Source: Archaeoglobus sp. JdFR-37 (GTDB lineage: Archaea; Halobacteriota; Archaeoglobi; Archaeoglobales; Archaeoglobaceae). Taken from it: a stretch of DNA of 40,955 nucleotides. Position numbers and translations under genes: made by a program. This document shows positions 17,241 to 25,646 of this stretch, one piece after another. Location of the stretch: contig MTMY01000038.1 in NCBI GenBank assembly GCA_002010215.1, positions 1 to 40,955 of the forward strand, written 5' to 3'. Every line of letters begins with the position of its first letter. Positions within the stretch are counted from its first letter, which is position 1. Below the pieces are notes generated by a model. The model searched no databases. It saw only the letters and a list, made by a program, of their open reading frames with translations, and had not been told where the DNA came from.

Positions 17241-18344
17241 ATGATAACTGAGTTGCTTGAGACATATAATGCTCAGTTCTTCGTTCAGTATGCCAGCAGC
17301 AGGGATGCAAACTTCTTTTATTCCACCGGATTCAAGGTTCACGACCCAGTTCTGTATGTGCTTGGCTCTGACGGCACCGATTTACTCGTGGTGCCTGACA
17401 TGGAGAAAGGTAGGGCTGAAAGGGAGAGTAGAGTAAGGGAAATAGCGGGGCTTGGGGATATAGGCTACTATGAGAACCTCCGTTACTATAAAGACCCAAG
17501 AACGGCTCTGGCTCAGACCTATCTGGAGCTTTTACTATCTCATGGAGCAAGAAAAATACTGGTTCCCACAAATTTCCCCTCCTTTCTTTCATTCTACCTT
17601 ATCAAACAGCTAGAAGTTGAGGTTGTGGAGAATCCCTTTTCCAAAATGAGGGCTGTTAAGAGGAGAGATGAAATTGAGAAAATAAAAGAGGTGGCTGAGA
17701 TTGCCATCAAGGCCTTCGAACACGGTCTTAACTTTATAAAGGCGAGAAAGAAGTGTGAAGTGGTCAGGAGTGAGATTGAAACTTACCTTTATTCCAAGAA
17801 ATACCTTGCGGAGGACACCATAGTATCTTCAGGCAAACTCTCTGCTGATCCACATCACATTGGGATGGGTGAAATAGAGAAGCATGTGGTGATGGATATT
17901 TTTCCCAAGAGCAGAGTGCATGGTTATCATGCGGATTTTACCCGAACGGTCTTGCTTGAAGATTTTAAGGAGATAGAGGAGATGCTTGAAGCTTGCATTG
18001 AGGCCAAAAACAGGGCTATTAAGACTGTTAGAGATGGTGTTTTTGCTTCTGAAGTGCATCAGACAGTGTGCGATATCCTTGAAGACCACGGTTACCACAC
18101 ACTTCGCCATAAAGCTGGAGAGGGGTTCATCCATTCTACCGGACACGGTATTGGGCTGGAGGTTCATGAACTGCCGAGGATATTTGAAAGCGGAGAAAAG
18201 CTTAAAGCTGGCATGGTTTTCACAATCGAACCGGGACTATACTACCGGAAATGGGGCGGAGTGAGGGTTGAGGATACCGTAGTTGTTAAAAAGAATGGCT
18301 GTGAAGTACTCACTCCCTACCCTGATAAGGTTGATTTAAGGTGA
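17241..18344 (+). CDS. Xaa-Pro aminopeptidase/prolidase (M24B)
   Basis: DFTRT, HSTGHGIGLEVHE, TIEPGLY, GVRVED. Confidence 0.92.
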   Translation: MITELLETYNAQFFVQYASSRDANFFYSTGFKVHDPVLYVLGSDGTDLLVVPDMEKGRAERESRVREIAGLGDIGYYENLRYYKDPRTALAQTYLELLLSHGARKILVPTNFPSFLSFYLIKQLEVEVVENPFSKMRAVKRRDEIEKIKEVAEIAIKAFEHGLNFIKARKKCEVVRSEIETYLYSKKYLAEDTIVSSGKLSADPHHIGMGEIEKHVVMDIFPKSRVHGYHADFTRTVLLEDFKEIEEMLEACIEAKNRAIKTVRDGVFASEVHQTVCDILEDHGYHTLRHKAGEGFIHSTGHGIGLEVHELPRIFESGEKLKAGMVFTIEPGLYYRKWGGVRVEDTVVVKKNGCEVLTPYPDKVDLR

Positions 18345-18389
18345 TAGCTGGCAGCTGGGTGTCTGGAAAGTGATGGCTGAGGTGATAGC

Positions 18390-19301
18390 GTGGATAATGT
18401 GGATAACATGAATGATGTAAATGACGTGGGAGAATTGGAGGAAAGATTTGAAAAAACAATCAAAGCTGGAGAAGTGCTGAGACAGGTTAGAGAAGAAGTG
18501 AGGCCAAGGATAAAACCGGGGGTAAAGCTCCTGGAAGTGGCAGAATTCGTGGAAAACAGGATAAGAGAGCTGGGAGCTGAACCAGCCTTCCCCGTCAACA
18601 TCTCCATAAATGCTGATGCCGCTCACTTCACACCTAAAAAAAATGATGAGAGGGCATTCAAGGAAGGAGACCTTGTGAAGATAGATATTGGTGCTCACAT
18701 TGACGGTTTTATTGCAGATACTGCCTTCACGATTGATCTTGGTGATCATGAAGAGCTTGTAAAAGCAGCAGAGGATGCGCTAAAGAGAGCAATTGAAGTG
18801 GTGGAGCCAGGGATAGAAACTTCAGTTATAGGGGCGGCAATAGAGGAGGCCATCAAGGAGTTCGATTTCAGGCCCATAGTGAACCTCACCGGTCATGGCT
18901 TTCTGCCCTACGTTGCCCACGCACCTCCTACAATATACAACTTCAAAACCGACAGAGGTGTGAAGGTGGAAGAGGGCATGATCTTCGCTATCGAACCCTT
19001 CGCCACCAACGGGGCTGGAAAGGTGGCGGAGAGGGGAGAGGTGGAGATCTACTCTGTGGTTGCAGCTAAACCTACCAGAATGAAAATGGCCAGAGAGTTG
19101 CTTAAGGAGGTGGAGAAGTACAAAACCCTTCCATTTGCCAAAAGATGGCTTACCAAGGCTCCAGAAGTGATTCTTTCGAAGCTGGTGAGAGAAGGGATAC
19201 TCAGGAGCTATCCCGTACTCACAGAGATTAACAGAGGTCTTGTCAGTCAGGCAGAGCACACAATAATTGTTGAGAGTAACAGGGCGAGGATTGTTACCTG
19301 A
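18390..19301 (+). CDS. map: Type II methionine aminopeptidase
   Basis: AFPVNISIN, AAHFTP, DIGAHIDGFIADTA, NLTGH, AIEPF, QAEHT. GTG 18390 follows GAGGTGA. Confidence 0.95.
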   Translation: MDNVDNMNDVNDVGELEERFEKTIKAGEVLRQVREEVRPRIKPGVKLLEVAEFVENRIRELGAEPAFPVNISINADAAHFTPKKNDERAFKEGDLVKIDIGAHIDGFIADTAFTIDLGDHEELVKAAEDALKRAIEVVEPGIETSVIGAAIEEAIKEFDFRPIVNLTGHGFLPYVAHAPPTIYNFKTDRGVKVEEGMIFAIEPFATNGAGKVAERGEVEIYSVVAAKPTRMKMARELLKEVEKYKTLPFAKRWLTKAPEVILSKLVREGILRSYPVLTEINRGLVSQAEHTIIVESNRARIVT

Positions 19302-19318
19302 TTAAATTTAATTTTAAC

Positions 19319-20260
19319 TCAAACCACCAGCTTGGTAATGCCAGAGAAAATGACGATAGACGCTATAGAGTTAGAGCCAGGGACCGGGTAATCACCATAC
19401 CTTATTTCAATATCTGGATTAACTCTTTCGATGCGGGAAATACAGGCGAAAAGGCCGTCCATCGTTATCTCTTCTGGCTCACCGCTGAAAACTAACAGAG
19501 CACCTTTGGCTGTTGTGACATCACAATTCACGCTAAGGCTGGAAAGGCTTTCGTCAACCATATCCACCATTCTCTTCGTCCTGATTGCTTTGAGTTCGCT
19601 TTCCCTTCTGTAAACTATTCTCCTTATGAGGTGGTGCTGAAGTTTCTGCCTCGACATGCCCAGCACTGCTAACCCCCTCTTCCTTATGGCATTGAAGACG
19701 TCGCTAGTATCAACTACAACCTCTCCAGCCCTTCTCTTTTTCAGATCTATTTCTCCAACAAGAGCGATGGTGTTGAGTGATTCCAGAACGTAGTTTCTGT
19801 AGTTATCTCTTCTTTCAAAGATGATCGGCACATCAAACTTTTTACTTGCATTTCTCAGCCTCATTCCCATTTCCCTGAAATCCGCTTCATCCAGTGTTGG
19901 AATTGTAACGAGTGCCATAACGGGCTCTTCTGTAACATCTTTCAGCTCATCTGCCATCTCCATGGCAGTTTGGAAGGCGAAGTCATCATCAAGGGCAAAG
20001 GCGAGCATGGAACCCTCAAAAATCTCATATCTCGAGAGCATCGAATTCAAAGCACTCGTTAGATCTACCTCACCATTTCTGTACACAACGTAATAGCGAT
20101 TTTTGTCGGGAATGGCCTTGGCACTTTTTATTAGCCCCACATCATTGCTAATAGCATGACACTTGAAGAGGGGGGCATTGTTAACCCTGGCCCCTCTTCT
20201 CGCGAAGATCTCTGTAATTTCAACGCCTTCTCTGCCTATCCCGACGGTAAGGAGTTTCAT
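19319..20260 (-). CDS. Divergent tubulin/FtsZ-superfamily (CetZ-like) protein lacking the GTP-binding signature
   Basis: N-terminal MKLLTVGIGREG (T1-like), GEVVVDTSDVFNAI (T7-like), C-terminal ALLVFSG and IRYGDYP. No GGGTG[S/T]G motif. Confidence 0.72.
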   Translation of the reverse strand: MKLLTVGIGREGVEITEIFARRGARVNNAPLFKCHAISNDVGLIKSAKAIPDKNRYYVVYRNGEVDLTSALNSMLSRYEIFEGSMLAFALDDDFAFQTAMEMADELKDVTEEPVMALVTIPTLDEADFREMGMRLRNASKKFDVPIIFERRDNYRNYVLESLNTIALVGEIDLKKRRAGEVVVDTSDVFNAIRKRGLAVLGMSRQKLQHHLIRRIVYRRESELKAIRTKRMVDMVDESLSSLSVNCDVTTAKGALLVFSGEPEEITMDGLFACISRIERVNPDIEIRYGDYPVPGSNSIASIVIFSGITKLVV

Positions 20261-20284
20261 TCAGGAATGAGTTTCTTAACGAAC

Positions 20285-20866
20285 TTATAAGTGTATCGAA
20301 GAAAAGAATTTTTCGATGGAGTCAAATCTCCTAATAATTCTCAAGTAGAAATCATCCAAAATCCTGCTGGATGCGCCCCATATGAGCTCACCATCACACT
20401 CGAAATTTGGCCCCCAGTCAGTAATACGACGTGAGAGAAGAACCTTCTTGAGATCGTCAACGAGTATTTTGCTCACCTCGTAATCATCAGGTTTCAGCTC
20501 TGTTTCTTCTACAACCCCCACAACTGGGTGAATTTTTATTCTGTGCTCTATAACCTCTTTTGGTGAGAGAAAACCCAGAACTTCAATTTTATCGGCTTTG
20601 ACACCAATTTCCTCTTCGCTCTCCCTTAAAGCTGTGTCAAGGGGCGTTTCGTCCATCTCTCTGATCCCGCCAGGGAATGCAACGTGTCCGGCACTTCTGC
20701 TGAGATTTTTTGACCTCAGAATCATAACAAGTTTTGGTTTTTCTGCCAGCATTATGGGAACAAGTATTGCGGCGCTCTTCTCGTGCCTTATATATTCCAG
20801 TGTTGTGTCGAGGATTTCTCTCAGGCCTTCCTGAAATCTCACCTTATATCCCTCATGTTTAATCAC
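20285..20866 (-). CDS. Nudix hydrolase, CoA-pyrophosphatase-like
   Basis: ILRSKNLSRSAGHVAFPGG followed by the Nudix box E...TALRESEEEIG; IWGAS. Confidence 0.88.
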   Translation of the reverse strand: MIKHEGYKVRFQEGLREILDTTLEYIRHEKSAAILVPIMLAEKPKLVMILRSKNLSRSAGHVAFPGGIREMDETPLDTALRESEEEIGVKADKIEVLGFLSPKEVIEHRIKIHPVVGVVEETELKPDDYEVSKILVDDLKKVLLSRRITDWGPNFECDGELIWGASSRILDDFYLRIIRRFDSIEKFFSSIHL

Positions 20867-21903
20867 TATAAATTTTGCGGTATCTGAAATGGCACAGGCG
20901 TGAATGTCAGGAGAGCTATGACGAACACGATAATACCACCAATGACTCTTGTTCTGTCCAGCGGTTCATCTTCTATTGGATCGGGGTGCCCCTGCATTGC
21001 GAAGAAGAAGGATATAAGTCCCCAGAAAAACCAGACAGAGGATGAGACATTCAAGTAATAATTGACAAAACTTCCCAATGCCAGCAGAAAGAAAGGCGTT
21101 GCCCTGCTTATGGCATTGGCTTTTTTTCCTATCAGGGCTCGCATAACGTGCCCTCCATCAAGCTGCCCCACCGGTATGAGGTTCAGAGAGGTTATGAACA
21201 TTCCAACCCAGCCAGCAAAGGCAATTGGATGCATGACTCCACCATTGAATCCAGTGAGATACGCTAGAAAATCGAATAGGGGAGGGGTCCCCAGCATTAT
21301 AATTGCTTCTCCACCAGCCCTGAATTCCATGTTCATGCCTATGAGGGCCACAATTATTGATGCTATGATGCCAACGATGGGGCCCGAGCAGCCTACATCG
21401 AAGAGTGCTTTTCTGTTGGGAATTGGGCCGCGATGCTTTATAACAGCTCCCAGCGTTCCGATAATTGTTGGGAAGGGAATGAAGTACGGGAAGGAAGTTT
21501 TCATCCCCCACCTTCTTGCAGCGATGTAATGCCCCATCTCGTGGCTTCCCAGAACGAACATTATGGCCATACTGAACTGAAAGCCACCAAGAATGTTGAA
21601 TTCAGGATAGAAGGTTGAACCTACGAGAGTGGTGGTGATGATAGTTGCGAAAAAGAGTATGAGGGGCAGAATTACATTCTCCTTCTCCTCCTTGAGCTCC
21701 TGGACCTCCACCACGAGCTCTCCATAATGACTCCTCATAGAAATTCTATATTGGCCAGAATAGGGCAAAATCTGTTTTTTCAGCTCTTCAGGATTAAATG
21801 TCTCCTTTGGAGTCACATAGAGTCTCAGAACTCCGTCGCTAACTTCTTTCCAGTAAATTCTGAAGTGTTGCTCAAGAATCCTCTCTATTTCTGCTGCTTC
21901 CAT
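20866..21903 (-). CDS. Site-2 protease (M50) membrane metalloprotease
   Basis: HEMGH, PYFIPFP, NLIPVGQLDGGH, multiple TM segments. Confidence 0.93.
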   Translation of the reverse strand: MEAAEIERILEQHFRIYWKEVSDGVLRLYVTPKETFNPEELKKQILPYSGQYRISMRSHYGELVVEVQELKEEKENVILPLILFFATIITTTLVGSTFYPEFNILGGFQFSMAIMFVLGSHEMGHYIAARRWGMKTSFPYFIPFPTIIGTLGAVIKHRGPIPNRKALFDVGCSGPIVGIIASIIVALIGMNMEFRAGGEAIIMLGTPPLFDFLAYLTGFNGGVMHPIAFAGWVGMFITSLNLIPVGQLDGGHVMRALIGKKANAISRATPFFLLALGSFVNYYLNVSSSVWFFWGLISFFFAMQGHPDPIEDEPLDRTRVIGGIIVFVIALLTFTPVPFQIPQNL

Positions 21904-21906
21904 TCT

Positions 21907-22356
21907 TCACCTCTTGCTCTCTCCACTTCTACGCCTCTTCACCTTTACCAACCCTTCTTTTTCAGCCTTTATGCATATGATATCTCCAGTTCTAATCATC
22001 TCCAGTGGATTCTTTTCGAGTTTATCTATTACTGGTATCCCTGCAAGTATGGCCCCTACTGCAATTATTGGTTCGCTCTCAACATTTATAATGCCAGCGG
22101 GGGCAACACCTTTTTTAGCCATTCTAAGAATTACATAACTTCCAACAGTAGAACCCCTGCCTGATGGAAACACGAAAATTTTGCCTGCTATGCTTTCTCC
22201 CCTGATGTCGCTGTCTTCAGCAACAACAATGCCCGTTTCAGGATCAACATCTCCTAAGAATGAGAAATTCCGCTTACTGACTATTGCCTCACCCTCCGTC
22301 TCTCCTCTCGATATTGTTCTTCCCCTGATTCTGACTCCGTTAACCTCAATCGTCAC
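21907..22356 (-). CDS. Aconitase X swivel subunit (phosphomevalonate dehydratase small subunit)
   Basis: FSFLGDVDPETG, GRGSTVGSYV, APAGII. GTG 22356 overlaps the large-subunit end. Confidence 0.9.
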   Translation of the reverse strand: MTIEVNGVRIRGRTISRGETEGEAIVSKRNFSFLGDVDPETGIVVAEDSDIRGESIAGKIFVFPSGRGSTVGSYVILRMAKKGVAPAGIINVESEPIIAVGAILAGIPVIDKLEKNPLEMIRTGDIICIKAEKEGLVKVKRRRSGESKR

Positions 22357-23506
22357 TAAAGGCCCTCCTGATGCAGTCCTTAATGCTGCCAAAAATAACA
22401 TTCACCCCCCTGAGCTTGGGGAGGTAAGTCAAAGCTTTTCCGGAATTGACCATAACACATTCATACCTGCTGGTTGAAGGCGAAACAACCATGCACGTGT
22501 CGCAGAAAACTTTGAATCCTATGCTTTCAAGCTTTTTAATCAATTCGTCATTCTCACCGTACACCTTTCTGGATGTAAAGAGCCAAATCTCTTTTTTAAC
22601 CCCGCCCAGAGAAGTGAATTCTGAGGCTATTTCGAAAATTTTCCTGAGCTCTTCAGGACTGAGATGGGGACAGCCTAAGGCAATGAGGTCAGGTGTGCAA
22701 TCGTCTGAGCTAAAATCAATTTCAGCCAGATCGATCTCCATCCTCTCCCTTGGCCTCTCAAAATCACCGCTCTCCGGCGTAACTCCCTCAACATGAAACA
22801 GCGCTGTATTGCCCTTTGCAGCCATTGCAGCCCCCATTTGCTTAAGTTCGTCTTCTGTGACAGTTCTGGGAAGGCTGATAAGAGGTATTTCTCCCGGGAT
22901 TTTATCCCCCAGTAAGTAGCCAAGAAACGAAGGATTGAAAACCTCTGCTCCTCGGACTCGGACATAGATTGTTGGAGCCCTATTTTCCTTCACATGAAGT
23001 CCATAGTGGGGTGTTTTGCCGATTATAGCTGAAGCAATTGCGGTTATTCCGCTCTCCCTATTTGTTCTCGCCCCCACCACGGAGTTTGCGTAGCAGACAG
23101 CAGAGCTCTCCGCCCAAGCCAAATGGTCTCCGAAGGAGGGCGTGTGAAGGTAGTAGGGTGTGCAGGTTAAGGAAAGCTCTGCACCGATTCTCTGCAGGGC
23201 TTTGAGAACCCTCATCTGCTTGCTGTAGAATTCAATGTCAATTCCCATCTCTTTCCATCTCTCCACATCCATACCGGCAGGATTGACATAAGCGGGAACT
23301 TTCACCCTAGCATTTAAACATTCAAGCCACTCCAAACCAGCATCGCCAATGTTATCATAAGAAACTCCGCTTATCTGGGCACTCTTTACCGGTATGAGCC
23401 TGTCTGCATCGTATATCTCTCCGATGGCCACGAGTATCTCCATGCACTTGGCAATCGTCTCATTGTCTGAGCTGAGAAGCTCTTCTTCTTCCCGGGTCAG
23501 GTGCAT
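22346..23506 (-). CDS. Aconitase X catalytic subunit (phosphomevalonate dehydratase large subunit)
   Basis: QISGVSY, TCTPY, AWAESSA, GARTNRE, GCPH, DTCMVVSP, NSGKA. Confidence 0.92.
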   Translation of the reverse strand: MHLTREEEELLSSDNETIAKCMEILVAIGEIYDADRLIPVKSAQISGVSYDNIGDAGLEWLECLNARVKVPAYVNPAGMDVERWKEMGIDIEFYSKQMRVLKALQRIGAELSLTCTPYYLHTPSFGDHLAWAESSAVCYANSVVGARTNRESGITAIASAIIGKTPHYGLHVKENRAPTIYVRVRGAEVFNPSFLGYLLGDKIPGEIPLISLPRTVTEDELKQMGAAMAAKGNTALFHVEGVTPESGDFERPRERMEIDLAEIDFSSDDCTPDLIALGCPHLSPEELRKIFEIASEFTSLGGVKKEIWLFTSRKVYGENDELIKKLESIGFKVFCDTCMVVSPSTSRYECVMVNSGKALTYLPKLRGVNVIFGSIKDCIRRAFSDD

Positions 23507-23602
23507 TGAGCTAAGCTGGATGGAGAGAGATAAAAGATTAACTGGCTTCTGTTCGGAAATGGAAACGGCTAAGTTTATACCCTCTACCTAGTAAAAGCCT
23601 GC

Positions 23603-25600
23603 GTGGATGATACAGTGGATACCGTGGATGCCGGTAATACAAAAATTCAAGATATCCAGGATTACATTCTGAAGCTTAAGAAGCTGATAGAGCTTGAAAG
23701 GGAAGCGGAGATTGAGGCTGTTAAGAGCGAAATCAGAAGGCTCAGCGGAGAGAAGAGGGAGAAGCTGGGCAGAGCTATTCTGAATCTGAATGGGAAAATA
23801 GTGGGACAGGAGTTCGATTACAGGCTTGTCAGATACGGCAGGAGAAAGGAGTTTGAGACTGAAATAGGCGTGGGAGATCTGGTTTTGATCAGCAGGGGAG
23901 ATCCTCTGAAGAGCGATTTGATGGCCACGGTTGTGGAGAAGGGGAAGCGCTACATTACTGTGGCGGTTGAGAGCATTCCCGCTTGGGCTCTGAAAAACGT
24001 GAGGATCGATCTCTACGTCAACGAAATAACCTTCAGAAGGATGCTGGAAAACCTTGACAGTCTGACCGAGAATGGTATTAAAGCCCTCAAGTTCCTTCTC
24101 GGGCTGAAAAATCCGGCGGTACCAGAAAAGGTTGATTTCCAGCCCTTCGATGAGCAGCTCAATGCCAGCCAGAAAGAAGCGGTAAGCCTTGCGCTGGGCA
24201 GTAAAGATTTCTTCCTCATCCATGGCCCCTTTGGAACTGGAAAAACAAGAACTGCTGCAGAAATCATACTGCAGGAGGGGAAGAGGGAAAACAAGGTTCT
24301 TGCAACAGCCGAAAGCAACATAGCCGTTGACAATCTTGTGGAAAGGCTTTTCGGGAAGGCCAGAATTGTCAGGCTCGGCCACCCATCCAGGATTTCCAGA
24401 CATCTGATAGAATCGTCCCTCTTTTACCAGCTTGAGCAGCACAAGAGGTTCAGGGAAGTTAAGGAGTTGCGAGAGAAAGCGGAAGAGGTGATGAGAGCGA
24501 GAGACAGGGAAACGAAGCCATCCCCTCAGTGGAGGAGGGGTTTGAGCGATGAAGAGATAGTGAGGCTGGCGAAGCGAGGAGGAGGAATGAGGGGTGTTCC
24601 TGCTAATGTAATACAGTCAATGGCAAGATGGATCGAGCTGAATAGGGAAGTACAGAACCTTCTGGCTTCATCCAGAAGGATTGAAGAGGATATCATGGAA
24701 GAGATCGTTCAGGAGGCCCAGGTTATTCTGGCCACAAATTCCACTGCTGCTTTGATAAATCCTGAAAAAACAGAATTCGATGTAGCGGTGGTGGATGAGG
24801 CATCTCAGACCACAACTCCAAGCCTGCTGATTCCGGTTGTAAGAGCAAAACGTTTTGTTCTGGCCGGTGACCACAGACAGCTCCCTCCAACGGTGCTGAG
24901 CCAGGAGGCAAAGGAGCTCATGGAAACTATGTTTGAAGAGCTCATAGAGAGTTATCCTGCCAATTCCAGAATGCTGGAAATCCAGTACAGAATGAATGAG
25001 AAGCTGATGGAATTTCCAAGCAAGGAGTTTTATGGTGGAAGACTGAAGGCCCATGATGACATCAAGAACATCTCCCTGAAGGACCTTGGCATCGGTAAAG
25101 CATCCAACAGCCCGTTCTGGAGCAGAGTACTGAATTGCGAGCCTCTGGTCTTCATCGACACATCAAAATGCTCTGATAAATGGGAGAGGCAGAGGAGAGG
25201 CTCATACTCCAGAGAAAATCCCCGGGAGGCTCAGATTGTTAAAAAAGTAGTGGAGAAGCTGCTTCAGCTTGGAGTAAAAAAGGAATGGATAGGTGTCATA
25301 TCTCCCTACGATGATCAGGTGGATCAGCTCAGGCAGATGATTTCTGGGGTTGAAATTAGCACTGTTGACGGCTATCAGGGTAGGGAGAAGGAGGTAATCA
25401 TAATCTCCTTTGTCAGAAGTAATAAGCACGGCGAACTCGGATTCCTTGAGGACCTGAGGAGGCTGAATGTGTCTTTAACCAGGGCAAGAAGAAAGCTGAT
25501 AGCCATAGGCGATAGCAGCACCTTGAAAACACACGAAACTTACAGGAGATTCATAGAATTTGTTAAAAGAAAGGGTAGCTTTGTTGAGTATTGCTGGTGA
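23603..25600 (+). CDS. IGHMBP2/Upf1-like SF1 helicase
   Basis: GPFGTGKT, SNIAVDNL, DEASQ, GDHRQLPP, QYRM, TVDGYQGREKE, RRLNVSLTRA. Confidence 0.93.
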   Translation: MDDTVDTVDAGNTKIQDIQDYILKLKKLIELEREAEIEAVKSEIRRLSGEKREKLGRAILNLNGKIVGQEFDYRLVRYGRRKEFETEIGVGDLVLISRGDPLKSDLMATVVEKGKRYITVAVESIPAWALKNVRIDLYVNEITFRRMLENLDSLTENGIKALKFLLGLKNPAVPEKVDFQPFDEQLNASQKEAVSLALGSKDFFLIHGPFGTGKTRTAAEIILQEGKRENKVLATAESNIAVDNLVERLFGKARIVRLGHPSRISRHLIESSLFYQLEQHKRFREVKELREKAEEVMRARDRETKPSPQWRRGLSDEEIVRLAKRGGGMRGVPANVIQSMARWIELNREVQNLLASSRRIEEDIMEEIVQEAQVILATNSTAALINPEKTEFDVAVVDEASQTTTPSLLIPVVRAKRFVLAGDHRQLPPTVLSQEAKELMETMFEELIESYPANSRMLEIQYRMNEKLMEFPSKEFYGGRLKAHDDIKNISLKDLGIGKASNSPFWSRVLNCEPLVFIDTSKCSDKWERQRRGSYSRENPREAQIVKKVVEKLLQLGVKKEWIGVISPYDDQVDQLRQMISGVEISTVDGYQGREKEVIIISFVRSNKHGELGFLEDLRRLNVSLTRARRKLIAIGDSSTLKTHETYRRFIEFVKRKGSFVEYCW

Positions 25601-25646
25601 GGTACTGGCGGGCTGAAAGGATTAATGGAAAATCAAAAATCAAAGA

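Noticed and set aside
18341..18385. Possible C/D-box sRNA (GTGATAG...CTGG...GTGATGG CTGA)
   Set aside because: The boxes are degenerate and there is no guide between C' and D; better explained as an RBS-containing spacer.
23588..24442. 284-aa minus-strand ORF
   Set aside because: Shadow of the helicase with no recognisable motifs.
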